This document shows, one piece after another, positions 55,682-64,000 of a stretch of 64,000 nucleotides of DNA; positions within the stretch are counted from its first letter, which is position 1; each line of letters starts with the position of its first letter. The translations under genes were made by a program, and so were the position numbers. Origin of the DNA: an uncultured Gammaproteobacteria bacterium (lineage in GTDB: Bacteria > Patescibacteriota > Microgenomatia > UBA8517); assembly GCA_964599625.1 (NCBI GenBank), contig CAZRGC010000005.1, positions 99,886 to 163,885 on the forward strand, written 5' to 3'. Below the pieces are notes generated by a model that worked only from the letters and a program-made list of their open reading frames with translations, was not told the DNA's origin and ran no database searches.

Positions 55682-57481
55682 TTAATCGGTTTCACTGAGT
55701 ATTATACCGCCTCCGTCCTCTTCTTCATACCCCGACAAGGTTTTGGTGAGTTTTGTGAATTTATTTTGAGCCTTAAGAAGCTTTTCTTTTTCACCAAATT
55801 GTTCCATGTCCCGCATCTGACCGGCCAGAGTCTTTAACCCCTTCTTAATCTTAAGTATTTTAAGCTCTTTTAGAACTAAATCAAGTTCCTTTTTGAGATC
55901 ATCTGGGGAATCGGAGACACTTTCACCTTCTAAAACAAGGGCTGAAAACCCCGAAAAAAGCTCTGGTGGCAGACTTTTGGAAAACTCCGAAAGGTCAAAT
56001 TCACTTTTTTTGCTCGGCTGACTTTTGTAATAATCTACGATTTTTTGATTGAAAGGCGATTCAAAAAATTTCTGACTCAAATCCAAAAGATTCAAAGGAT
56101 TAGACAAAAAAGAAAGCGTCAAAAACCTGTCTTCAAGCATTTGGTCCCTTGTTTTTTTGCCAACCGCTTCGGTGGTGACAACCGCCGACACAGACTCACC
56201 TTTTGCTATTTTCTCCACCTCCCCAGCCACAGCGCCTACAGGTACACCAAGTTTTTGTGCCACGATTCCAACATAATGAGCTTGGACTATCTTATTATCA
56301 ATTCCAGCCAAAACGGGTGTTATTTCTTTTGATATTTTTGCTTTACCGGCCCCGGTTTCCGAATTGTTTCTGTCAAAAACTGACTCTATCAGATAGTCCC
56401 AAACACCCTTGGCTGCTATCAAATCCTTTTTATAACTTTCGATATTTCCCCGGGCTGCTTCGTCAGGGTCTTTGTAGCCTGTGATCTTTGCCACCTTAAC
56501 TTCTACACCAATACTTTCAGCAACAGCAATTCCACGTCTTGCGGCTGCATCTCCGGCCATGTCACTGTCCAAAGCTAAAACAAACTTTTCGGCAAATCGG
56601 GAAAGAAGTCTCACTTGATCCTCCGTGAGAGCGGAGCCTTTGATCGCCACAATATTTTTTATACCCGCCTGATACGAAGATATTGCGTCTAACTCTCCCT
56701 CTACAACAATTGCTACTTTTTTCTTTTTGATATTTACTCGAGTCAGACTTAATCCAAAAAGTATCTTACTCTTGTGGTATATCTGCGTCTCGGGTGAGTT
56801 TATATATTTTGCAGTGTCTGTTCTCCCCCAGGGCAGAACCCTGCCCGAAAACCCGACAGGATTACCCCGGTGATCGAACAAAGGAAAAGTAACTCTACCC
56901 GAAAATCTATCGTAGAATCTTGTTCCACTACTTACTGCAATACCTGACTTATCTATTGCCGTGGGTGAAAACCTATGCCTTTCCACCAAAAACCTTCTGA
57001 GAATGAGCGAATTATCTGGTGAATAACCCATCCTGAATTGTTTTATGGTTTCTTCCGACAAACCTCGATCCTTCATTAGATATTCCAAAGGTTTTTTCCC
57101 CAAAGGATGCTTATTGAGCATGTATTCGTAAAACTTCAGAGTTTCTTCGTGTATTTTAATCAGAGTCTCTTTTTCGGAATCCTGCGAAAAGTTTTTATTA
57201 ATAAGTTTTATCCCCACTCTTTCAGCCAAATACTTAAGAGCTTCCGAAAACTCCATACCTTCAAACTTTTCCAAAAAACTAAAAACATCTCCACCTTCAG
57301 CACAACCAAAACATTTAAAAATCTGGAGTTCCGGAGAGACCATGAAAGAAGCAGTCTTTTCGCCATGGAAGGGGCAACTTGCTTTGTAATTTCTCCCTGC
57401 TTTTTTGAGGTCTATCCTTTCACCGATTATGGTGACTATATCGATTTTTGACTTTACTTCTTCAACTTGATTATCGGTCAT
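55682..57481 (-). CDS. dnaG: DNA primase
   Basis: Zinc-binding CPFHGEKTASFMVSP, RNA-polymerase domain, Toprim VVEGELDAIS/LALDSDMAGD. Classic dnaG-rpoD order. Confidence 0.9.
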   Translation of the reverse strand: MTDNQVEEVKSKIDIVTIIGERIDLKKAGRNYKASCPFHGEKTASFMVSPELQIFKCFGCAEGGDVFSFLEKFEGMEFSEALKYLAERVGIKLINKNFSQDSEKETLIKIHEETLKFYEYMLNKHPLGKKPLEYLMKDRGLSEETIKQFRMGYSPDNSLILRRFLVERHRFSPTAIDKSGIAVSSGTRFYDRFSGRVTFPLFDHRGNPVGFSGRVLPWGRTDTAKYINSPETQIYHKSKILFGLSLTRVNIKKKKVAIVVEGELDAISSYQAGIKNIVAIKGSALTEDQVRLLSRFAEKFVLALDSDMAGDAAARRGIAVAESIGVEVKVAKITGYKDPDEAARGNIESYKKDLIAAKGVWDYLIESVFDRNNSETGAGKAKISKEITPVLAGIDNKIVQAHYVGIVAQKLGVPVGAVAGEVEKIAKGESVSAVVTTEAVGKKTRDQMLEDRFLTLSFLSNPLNLLDLSQKFFESPFNQKIVDYYKSQPSKKSEFDLSEFSKSLPPELFSGFSALVLEGESVSDSPDDLKKELDLVLKELKILKIKKGLKTLAGQMRDMEQFGEKEKLLKAQNKFTKLTKTLSGYEEEDGGGIILSETD

Positions 57482-57546
57482 GTCGTAACGATTTTAACAT
57501 AGCGCACCGAATAAAATATGAAACACTTAACGGTTATAATTGATCG

Positions 57547-59355
57547 ATGTTGAATAAATCAAACTTTATACTTTTTACATTTCTGTTTTTGGCGGTTGCC
57601 ATTTTGTCAACAATATTTTATTCACCACTTTTTAAATATCCTGAAAATATAGGCATCCAAGATTGGGAACAATTTCTATCTTGGACCAAAGCAACAAGAG
57701 TCTCAATACTGGAATATCGACAATTTCCTTTCTGGAACCCTTTCAAATGTGGTGGGGCGATTCAATTCGGCAACCCTGAAGACACAGTTATTTCCTTAAC
57801 AACATTGATTGTCTTGATTTTGGGAACACTAAATGGCGTAAAGGTATCAATAATTATTTTTGCGATCATTGGCTTTTTTGGGTTCTATTTTCTTTCAAGA
57901 GATTACGGCTTGTCAAAAATGGCAAGCTTCTTTGCTTCAATGGTGTTTTGTTTTAATGGAGCAATTTCGGCATCAATAGCAACCGGAATGGTTGTTTTCA
58001 CAAATATCGCACTAGCTCCATATGTCATATTGTTCCTGCAAAAAGCCAAGTCAAACCAAAAACACATTATTACCGCAGGTGTTTTTATGTCATTGGCCTT
58101 TTATTTCGAATATCACATCCCTTTAATTCTTGGGGTTTACTGTGTAATCTACTGGGTAATTGAGTCGTTGATCCTTAAAAACCTTAGACCTGTTAAAAAT
58201 CTGTTCTTGTTCACGATCTTATTCATAACTTTATCCCTTCCCAAGCTTGTGTTGTCTGTTCAACTTATCAACTATCAAAAACAAACTCATGCTAGTGCAA
58301 ACTCGGGTTATTTCCCTAAAGATATAATTTATTTCCTCACCTCGCGCGATCAATATTTACACAGCAATAGCTACTCCAATGGATATAAGTACAACATCGA
58401 CGAAACATCAATGTATATAGGCTTTGTGCCGTTGATTTTGTCTTTAGTATTTTTCTTAAAAAGAAAACGTCTAGACAACGATCATTTAATTCTTCTTGGC
58501 TCGTTAATTTTTATGCTTTGGATGTGTGTTGGTACAAGAATTGAACCTTCACTTTACGCTTTAATAAAAGAATTACCACTTATTGAGTCATTCAGGGTGG
58601 CGCAAAGATTTAGGTTTGTATTCTTGATTCCCCTGGCGATATTTGCTGGATTGGGACTAGATGAGGTTTTGAAGATAACTTACATAAAACAATACGCCTT
58701 GCTGCTTTTTCTGATTTTTTCGCTGATATTTTTTGGCGATGTATACACATTTTCCAAAGACAGACTCCTTCGCTACTCTTTTCCAATCAGCAGTGTCAAC
58801 CTGGACATCAACCAACTCGAGACTTTTCGTCAACGCGAAAGTCTTGTATCCAACAGCCACATCACCTATTCACCTGACGCAGTTCCAAAAGACAAAGAAT
58901 TTGCAAGTGAATATATTCCTTGGTCATACGAATACCAAGCAATAAAACAAAATATCGGGATTATCAAATGTACTGATGCCATAACAAACTACAAAAACGT
59001 GATCGGGAGCAGAAAGGACAACTACTCAGGTGAATGGTACTTACAGTCCGACAAAGGCACATTGGAACTTGAATATTGGTCTCCAAACCGTCTTATTTTT
59101 AATGTTAGCTTTGAAGGGGATGCAAAAGGCATGGAAACAATTATCATAAATCAAAATTACTATCCCGGATGGTTTGTCGCAAGTTCCAAAAAAACAGACT
59201 ACGCCCAAAACATAGATGGATTGATTGGTGCAAAGATTCAAAGGACTAGTGGCTTAATAACGTTTGAGTTTAATCCTTATAAATATATATTTAGAAAGAC
59301 CGCCGACGACATTCAAGAGTTTGCTATAGAAATATCTAAAATCAATGGTAAGTGA
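57547..59355 (+). CDS. Large polytopic membrane protein (602 aa), possibly a GT-C/YfhO-like glycosyltransferase
   Basis: About 12 TM helices in the N-terminal 400 aa, followed by a soluble C-terminal domain. Only a loose family guess. Confidence 0.45.
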   Translation: MLNKSNFILFTFLFLAVAILSTIFYSPLFKYPENIGIQDWEQFLSWTKATRVSILEYRQFPFWNPFKCGGAIQFGNPEDTVISLTTLIVLILGTLNGVKVSIIIFAIIGFFGFYFLSRDYGLSKMASFFASMVFCFNGAISASIATGMVVFTNIALAPYVILFLQKAKSNQKHIITAGVFMSLAFYFEYHIPLILGVYCVIYWVIESLILKNLRPVKNLFLFTILFITLSLPKLVLSVQLINYQKQTHASANSGYFPKDIIYFLTSRDQYLHSNSYSNGYKYNIDETSMYIGFVPLILSLVFFLKRKRLDNDHLILLGSLIFMLWMCVGTRIEPSLYALIKELPLIESFRVAQRFRFVFLIPLAIFAGLGLDEVLKITYIKQYALLLFLIFSLIFFGDVYTFSKDRLLRYSFPISSVNLDINQLETFRQRESLVSNSHITYSPDAVPKDKEFASEYIPWSYEYQAIKQNIGIIKCTDAITNYKNVIGSRKDNYSGEWYLQSDKGTLELEYWSPNRLIFNVSFEGDAKGMETIIINQNYYPGWFVASSKKTDYAQNIDGLIGAKIQRTSGLITFEFNPYKYIFRKTADDIQEFAIEISKINGK

Positions 59356-60038
59356 TCTGATGCTTCCAGTTGGGGCACAGAAAAACTTTTGATACTGACT
59401 TTATTATCTACAAAAACATAATCGGCGAAGTTCTGGACACCTTCTTTGCTGTCTTTATAAATATCGCGGTTAATGGGGCCCCTGGTGTCTTTAACCCCGT
59501 ACTCTTTAATAAGGTTGGTGTAACCAGCCTTTTCAAAAATAGAAACACTTTCCGTATCAGGATTTAAGTTAAAGTCGCCTCCCAAAACAACAGGCCCATC
59601 CCAACCCTTGAAAGCGTTTAAAATATTTTCGCTTTGTTTAATCCGCAGGGGTGTGTCATTTTTTGTGCCGGGTTTTGCCATCGCGTGAACACTTCCCAAC
59701 ATCAATTCTTTGTTGTCCACTTTTACAATCGCAGTCTCCAAAATCCCAGCATCATTAAAGTTAACAGGATAAATAAAATGTTTTTTGTAAGCGCCGACTT
59801 CGATCCCTTTTTTGACAAAAATACCCTGCCCTTCAACTCCCCCATTAAGGTAGTCCGTGTTTGTAATTTCAGAGTAAAAAAGTTCGTAACCATCAAAAAT
59901 TACTTTAAGTGGTTCCAATATCTCCGGGTTTACTTCAGTTAAGCAAAAAATATCTGTTTCAGAAATTTTGCTGCGGAAAAATTCGGCCAACTTTTCCATA
60001 TATTTTCCATGCCAAATATTAAAAAACACTATCTGCAT
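59313..60038 (-). CDS. Endonuclease/exonuclease/phosphatase (EEP) family protein
   Basis: FCLTEV, LGGDFNLNPDTES and SDHLPLILDI are canonical EEP catalytic motifs. Confidence 0.75.
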   Translation of the reverse strand: MQIVFFNIWHGKYMEKLAEFFRSKISETDIFCLTEVNPEILEPLKVIFDGYELFYSEITNTDYLNGGVEGQGIFVKKGIEVGAYKKHFIYPVNFNDAGILETAIVKVDNKELMLGSVHAMAKPGTKNDTPLRIKQSENILNAFKGWDGPVVLGGDFNLNPDTESVSIFEKAGYTNLIKEYGVKDTRGPINRDIYKDSKEGVQNFADYVFVDNKVSIKSFSVPQLEASDHLPLILDISIANS

Positions 60039-60039
60039 A

Positions 60040-60960
60040 TTATATTTTCTTGGGAAATACCACCGAAAGAATCATGGAAGAGGCAAAAGCCAAAACTATA
60101 ATCAAAAACGAAGTAAGCGAACTAATATGGACATGTACAATACCCAACAACATTTTTACACCAATAAACATAAGGACAAACGACAGTCCTTTTTGGAGGT
60201 GGTGAAACCTGTGGAGAACACTCTCCAGGAGGAAAAATAGGGCCCTGAGTCCCATTATTGCAAATATGTTTGAGGTGAACACAATAAACGGGTTTTGCGA
60301 TATGGCAAACGCTGCCGGGATTGAGTCAACCGCAAAAACAATATCAGTAGCCTCAACCAAAAGTATAATTAAAAACAAAATTGTGAAATGAATCTTTCCG
60401 TTTTCTTTAACCAAAAATTTCCCGCTATGGTAACCTTTTGAAAATGGAAGATATCTTCTTGCCAGTTTAACAACCTTGCTGTTTTCAAAATCTACATGTT
60501 CTTCTTTTTTATTGGAAAAAAGTTTGATACCCGTATAAACGAGGATTGCGCCAAACACATATAAAATCCAGGCAAACTGATGGATGACGTAAGAACCGAC
60601 AAGAATAAAAATACCTCTAAAAACTATCGCTCCCATTATTCCCCAAAAAAGGACTTTGTGATGAAACTCTTCCTCTATCTTAAAGAAGTTGAAGATAAGC
60701 ATTATGACAAAAAGATTGTCTACAGAAAGCATTTTCTCAGTTACATATGCACTCATAAACTCAACCGCCGGATCTCGTCCCATAAACAAAAACACTAAAA
60801 ATGCAAAGACGATAGAGACTCCAATCCAAAAAAGGCTTTGATAAAGCGCAGACTTAAATTCTATTTTGTGAGCACGTCTATTGAAGTAACCAAGATCAGC
60901 TGCCAAAAAAGCCGTAATTACTACCCCAAATACGATTAGTAGAGATGTCTGAATATCCAC
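60040..60960 (-). CDS. TerC-family integral membrane protein
   Basis: EKMLSVDNLFVIMLIFNFF (the DN-containing TerC motif). 7-8 TM helices. Confidence 0.8.
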   Translation of the reverse strand: MDIQTSLLIVFGVVITAFLAADLGYFNRRAHKIEFKSALYQSLFWIGVSIVFAFLVFLFMGRDPAVEFMSAYVTEKMLSVDNLFVIMLIFNFFKIEEEFHHKVLFWGIMGAIVFRGIFILVGSYVIHQFAWILYVFGAILVYTGIKLFSNKKEEHVDFENSKVVKLARRYLPFSKGYHSGKFLVKENGKIHFTILFLIILLVEATDIVFAVDSIPAAFAISQNPFIVFTSNIFAIMGLRALFFLLESVLHRFHHLQKGLSFVLMFIGVKMLLGIVHVHISSLTSFLIIVLAFASSMILSVVFPKKI

Positions 60961-61067
60961 AGAAGATCTGATTATATCAATGTTTTAGATTTGCTTGAAG
61001 AACAAATTGATTGGAAAGGCATTTTTTAGCGGATATATCTCGCCGTCGCTTCGCTTTGACGAAGCAA

Positions 61068-61108
61068 GGCGGAGGAGGCGGCCTGCCGGCAGGCAGGGAC
61101 TCGAACCC
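61068..61108 (-). repeat. Partial duplicate of the tRNA-Ser 3' end (acceptor-3' + T-arm half) with an embedded 12-nt palindrome cctgccggcagg, about 10 nt downstream of the tRNA
   Basis: ggcggaggaggcgg (=61122-61135) + cctgccggcagg + ca + gggactcgaaccc (=61135-61147 region). An adjacent 6-bp hairpin gcttcg/cgaagc lies at 61048-61065. Confidence 0.65.
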
Positions 61109-61120
61109 GATTCACAAGTT

Positions 61121-61206
61121 TGGCGGAGGAGGCGGGACTCGAACCCGCGAGGGATTGCTCCCGCACGCTTTCCAAGCGTGTACCATAGCCGCTAGGTGAC
61201 TCCTCC
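61121..61206 (-). tRNA. tRNA-Ser (GGA), type II with long variable arm
   Basis: Reverse complement folds: acceptor GGAGGAG/CTCCTCC, anticodon stem CACGC/GCGTG with loop TTGGAAA, long variable arm CGGGAGCAATCCCTCG, T-arm CGGG-TTCGAGT-CCCG, CCA encoded. Confidence 0.8.
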
Positions 61207-61262
61207 AGTTATTTTTAAGGGTGTCACCCAAGATCTTTTTGCAGAGCAAAAAGTAGACTTAA

Positions 61263-61275
61263 GTGACTCCTCCAG
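61263..61275 (-). repeat. 13-nt duplicate of the tRNA-Ser 5' end (gtgactcctccag = 61196-61208), about 55 nt upstream of the tRNA
   Basis: Exact 13/13 match. An 8-bp hairpin ctttttgc/gcaaaaag (61235-61253) lies between the copy and the tRNA. Confidence 0.6.
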
Positions 61276-61321
61276 AAACACTAGAGCGTATTATAGCAAG
61301 GAAGTGTGACCAGGGGTAAAG

Positions 61322-63403
61322 TTATCTTGAGCGTTTCTCGAGCTTGCGCTTTTCTTCGTCGGTTAATCCTTTGTCCATCATGAGGGCATTAAATATGTCT
61401 CCGGCTTCCGACACGTTTGATGTTGGAATAATAAATTTCTTGTCGGAAAAAAGAATCACAGCCTGACCCCCAGCTGCAACTCTTTTGTCGTTGCCTTTTC
61501 CTCCGGCATCCCAATTAGAAAAACTTCCTGGGGCCATATAAATTCTGGGTCTTGGAGGATAGACGGAGAATCCAGCCAAAGGCATATGACCACCTGTTGT
61601 TATATCGGCTGTCACATGTTCCTTTTTCCTGGATTGGACTAACCCTTGCACCATGTTGAATTCGGATCCACTCCTGCCAAGTTTATCCAAAAGGAAAAAT
61701 GAGTAATCCTGTTGATTAACGCGCATCCTTAACAACGATTCGTTGACATAAAGTGGAACTCCGCTTACTGCACTTTTGTGATAAAGCATATCCCCAGGCC
61801 TAAAACCTTCGTCAACTATCTTGTCTGCAACCTGTTTTCTTTTAACCTTGTCCCAATGGTGTTTTGTTTCTACTACATCCCGTGTCCAACCGTCATCCAA
61901 CAAAGTAGAAGAAAGCATTATTCCCAAAAGTCTGTTTTGCTCACTTACCACTCCCAAATCATTGGCCATTCTTTCCAAAATAGACCTTCTATCGATCCTT
62001 CTGGCCACACCCTTGTCGATAAAGTGCCTCATAACCAACACATATTTATATGGGTTTTCGGCAGCTTCTTTAAGAACTTCCGCAAAAACGTTTTTATAAG
62101 GGCTAGAAGGGCTATCGTGACTCGCGCTTCCATACCTGGCGTTTTGCAAAAGATAAACGAGTATTGGAAAATCTTTAGTTCTGGAAACTGTCCAACTAAG
62201 GTCGTCAAAAAGTGGAGACCTGCCTGGTTTTTCTTTGGGAGATCTGCCGCTTTTTCTTACATTAAATTCAGAAACCGGTAGACTTCTAGAGTTTCTGTCT
62301 ATGATACTGCCTATAATCTCACTTGTGAGATTCTGTCTTTCCACTGCATTCAACCTGTCTTCGGCTTGATGTAGAACTTTAGCCACATCATAAAGTTCAT
62401 TGGTCTTGTCGTATCCATAATCCACCCACTCTTTGGTGACACCTTCGTCGCCGTTTCCTGCGCCTCTGCTGCGGTGGATGATGATCGCAGGTCCGGGTCC
62501 AAAAGCAGCACCCTTGCCGTTGGCTATACCAAACGGATCCAAGTTGTTTAGCTCGGTGCCCTTGGAGGCTCCAATTTGAACAAACACTACACTTTTCTCT
62601 TTCCTGGACATTCTGTCAAAGTAAACTTCCTTTGAAACAACGGTTCTATGGTGTAAATGTCCGGCGATATACATGTCTGCATGAACACCGTTCTCCAAAA
62701 ACATATCATCGTCCTCGTCTAAAAACTCACGCTTAAGACTTCCCTGACGGTTGATTGTATCGGAGCCGCCTTTCATGGGATCGTGCATAATTTTGATTAC
62801 ATAAGGGTCCTTGCCGTTGTTTAAATGAAGTCTCAAAAGTCCGCCTTGGATAATTACAGGCAAATACTTCCATTTGTCTTTGTTAAACGGATCTTTGGGG
62901 TCAGGTTTGGGCATAATTCTTGCCATCATTTCAACAGCACCTATACCCGCCCTTGTTCTTGACCAACCTTCGTGACCAAAATAACCATCTACTGCACAAA
63001 GAAGTTTTCCTGCATAAAAATATGGCCTAAGAATCTCAGACGCCGCCACTATCTGTTTTCCAAAATCCAATTCAACCGATCCGGGATGATCCGGAATCCC
63101 CTGATTCATACCCTCAATAAAGTCTCCAGTTATGAAACCAAAGCTGTTGTCGCCCTCGAGCATTTCCAAAGTCTTTTTGACTTGATCAAGGTTGGTGTAT
63201 CTGGAAAACAGATGAGTATCACCAACTGGTATCAGTTTTATTGGTCCTGTTACGTTAATCCCAATATCCACATGGGGTTGTAACAAAGTGAGATTTTCGT
63301 TTGCTTTAACTATGTTTCTGTGTTGAACATCTAAACTCTGAAGTATGTCAGCCGAAGAAAACTGTCGTTCATTAATAACTGTACTAATTGGTCTTTCAGC
63401 CAT
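61322..63403 (-). CDS. Calcineurin-like metallophosphoesterase domain fused to a ~360-aa uncharacterised C-terminal region (693 aa)
   Basis: MPP motifs in order: GDTHLF (I), ITGDFIEG (II), FGHEGW (III-like), MHDPMKGG (IV-like), AGHLHH (GHxH). No signal peptide. The C-terminal half matches nothing recognised. Confidence 0.55.
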   Translation of the reverse strand: MAERPISTVINERQFSSADILQSLDVQHRNIVKANENLTLLQPHVDIGINVTGPIKLIPVGDTHLFSRYTNLDQVKKTLEMLEGDNSFGFITGDFIEGMNQGIPDHPGSVELDFGKQIVAASEILRPYFYAGKLLCAVDGYFGHEGWSRTRAGIGAVEMMARIMPKPDPKDPFNKDKWKYLPVIIQGGLLRLHLNNGKDPYVIKIMHDPMKGGSDTINRQGSLKREFLDEDDDMFLENGVHADMYIAGHLHHRTVVSKEVYFDRMSRKEKSVVFVQIGASKGTELNNLDPFGIANGKGAAFGPGPAIIIHRSRGAGNGDEGVTKEWVDYGYDKTNELYDVAKVLHQAEDRLNAVERQNLTSEIIGSIIDRNSRSLPVSEFNVRKSGRSPKEKPGRSPLFDDLSWTVSRTKDFPILVYLLQNARYGSASHDSPSSPYKNVFAEVLKEAAENPYKYVLVMRHFIDKGVARRIDRRSILERMANDLGVVSEQNRLLGIMLSSTLLDDGWTRDVVETKHHWDKVKRKQVADKIVDEGFRPGDMLYHKSAVSGVPLYVNESLLRMRVNQQDYSFFLLDKLGRSGSEFNMVQGLVQSRKKEHVTADITTGGHMPLAGFSVYPPRPRIYMAPGSFSNWDAGGKGNDKRVAAGGQAVILFSDKKFIIPTSNVSEAGDIFNALMMDKGLTDEEKRKLEKRSR

Positions 63404-63491
63404 TTCAATGCCATTATATGGGGCCCAAATAAACTTTCAACTATTGACATGGTTATGTGAAAGAAGTAAAAAAGAAATAGTTTATTACGTA

Positions 63492-63989
63492 TTATATTCG
63501 GTTATTTGAATATAACACTTCCGAAGCCTTCGTTAGCATATCTTTTTCAGCTGAATAGGTGATTTGTTTTTTAGCATCTTCATACTTTAACCAGGCGATT
63601 TCAGAAGTTTCATTGTCAAAACCTTCGGGAATATCACTCTTCCACTCCATTATGTAAAAGGTTACAAATTTCATTATCCTGCCGCGTATTGGATGAATAA
63701 AAATATATTTTTGAGTCCCGATTTTCGACACAATTTCTGCATTTACACCGGCTTCTTCCGACACCTCCCTTATCGCTGTCTCTCTGAGTGCTTTTTCGGT
63801 TGCCTTCACTTTCCCACTGGCCATTGGTCCTGGAATATCTTTTCCTGCGTCATCAATCCACCCTTTCGGGAGTCTCCACACCGGATTGGGGAAAAGCTTA
63901 CTTGTCGAAGACTTTGCAATTAACCACAACAAGTCACCATCTATCTTTTTATAGACCACACCACCCGAAGAAAATTCGCGCAAAAACAC
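63492..63989 (-). CDS. Nudix hydrolase
   Basis: Nudix box GKVKATEKALRETAIREVSEEAGV (Gx5Ex7REUxEExGU). Confidence 0.8.
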   Translation of the reverse strand: MFLREFSSGGVVYKKIDGDLLWLIAKSSTSKLFPNPVWRLPKGWIDDAGKDIPGPMASGKVKATEKALRETAIREVSEEAGVNAEIVSKIGTQKYIFIHPIRGRIMKFVTFYIMEWKSDIPEGFDNETSEIAWLKYEDAKKQITYSAEKDMLTKASEVLYSNNRI

Positions 63990-64000
63990 TTTTTTATCTG

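Noticed and set aside
60995-61199. Two overlapping small plus-strand ORFs (66 and 62 aa)
   Set aside because: They cover the tRNA-Ser gene and its duplicated fragments. The Arg/Gly-rich translations are a by-product of the GC-rich tRNA sequence.
1-64000. CRISPR arrays, rRNA genes, transposases/integrases
   Set aside because: No periodic direct-repeat arrays, no rRNA-like conserved stretches, and no ORF with transposase (DDE) or integrase (tyrosine/serine recombinase) motifs. The only mobile-element-like gene is the small GIY-YIG ORF.

Overview
This 64-kb window looks like it comes from a small-genome, low-GC bacterium. Several archaeal-type central-metabolism enzymes point to a CPR/Patescibacteria-like lineage: class I FBA, a 220-aa TIM, and transketolase split into N- and C-terminal subunits. 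Gene density is high and short overlaps are common. The six-frame ORF track translates TTG/GTG starts as M, so several of its starts were moved to internal ATG or GTG codons.

Main contents, in order:
- The 5' end of a ribonucleotide reductase gene with nrdR.
- An HExxH protein, a CPBP/Abi protease and a candidate HEPN-like gene on one strand.
- Two tandem PBP1A paralogs.
- A large glycolysis/pentose-phosphate supercluster: 2-hydroxyacid DH, PfkB kinase, class I FBA, split transketolase, LOG, RPE, GAPDH, PGK, RpiB, TIM. A GH-D-like/GH1 glycosidase pair is embedded in it.
- A glutaredoxin-like protein next to a membrane-anchored type-1 cupredoxin.
- mntH-mntR with a near-leaderless promoter and a candidate operator.
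- efp, an unknown gene, then epmA.
- A SET-domain gene broken at a C5 homopolymer, followed by FabH-like, acyltransferase-3 and SGNH hydrolase genes.
- tRNA-Asn with a GIY-YIG gene inserted at its 3' end, and tRNA-Ser with partial duplicates of both its ends.
- A cassette with two Ham1-family paralogs, a VOC protein, a nucleotidyltransferase and a P-loop kinase.
- zupT-zur and assorted small accessory genes.
- A four-gene operon resembling citryl-CoA synthetase plus citryl-CoA lyase (split ATP-citrate lyase).
- rpoD-dnaG.
- A 693-aa metallophosphoesterase fusion protein next to a Nudix hydrolase.

No CRISPR array and no rRNA gene were seen.
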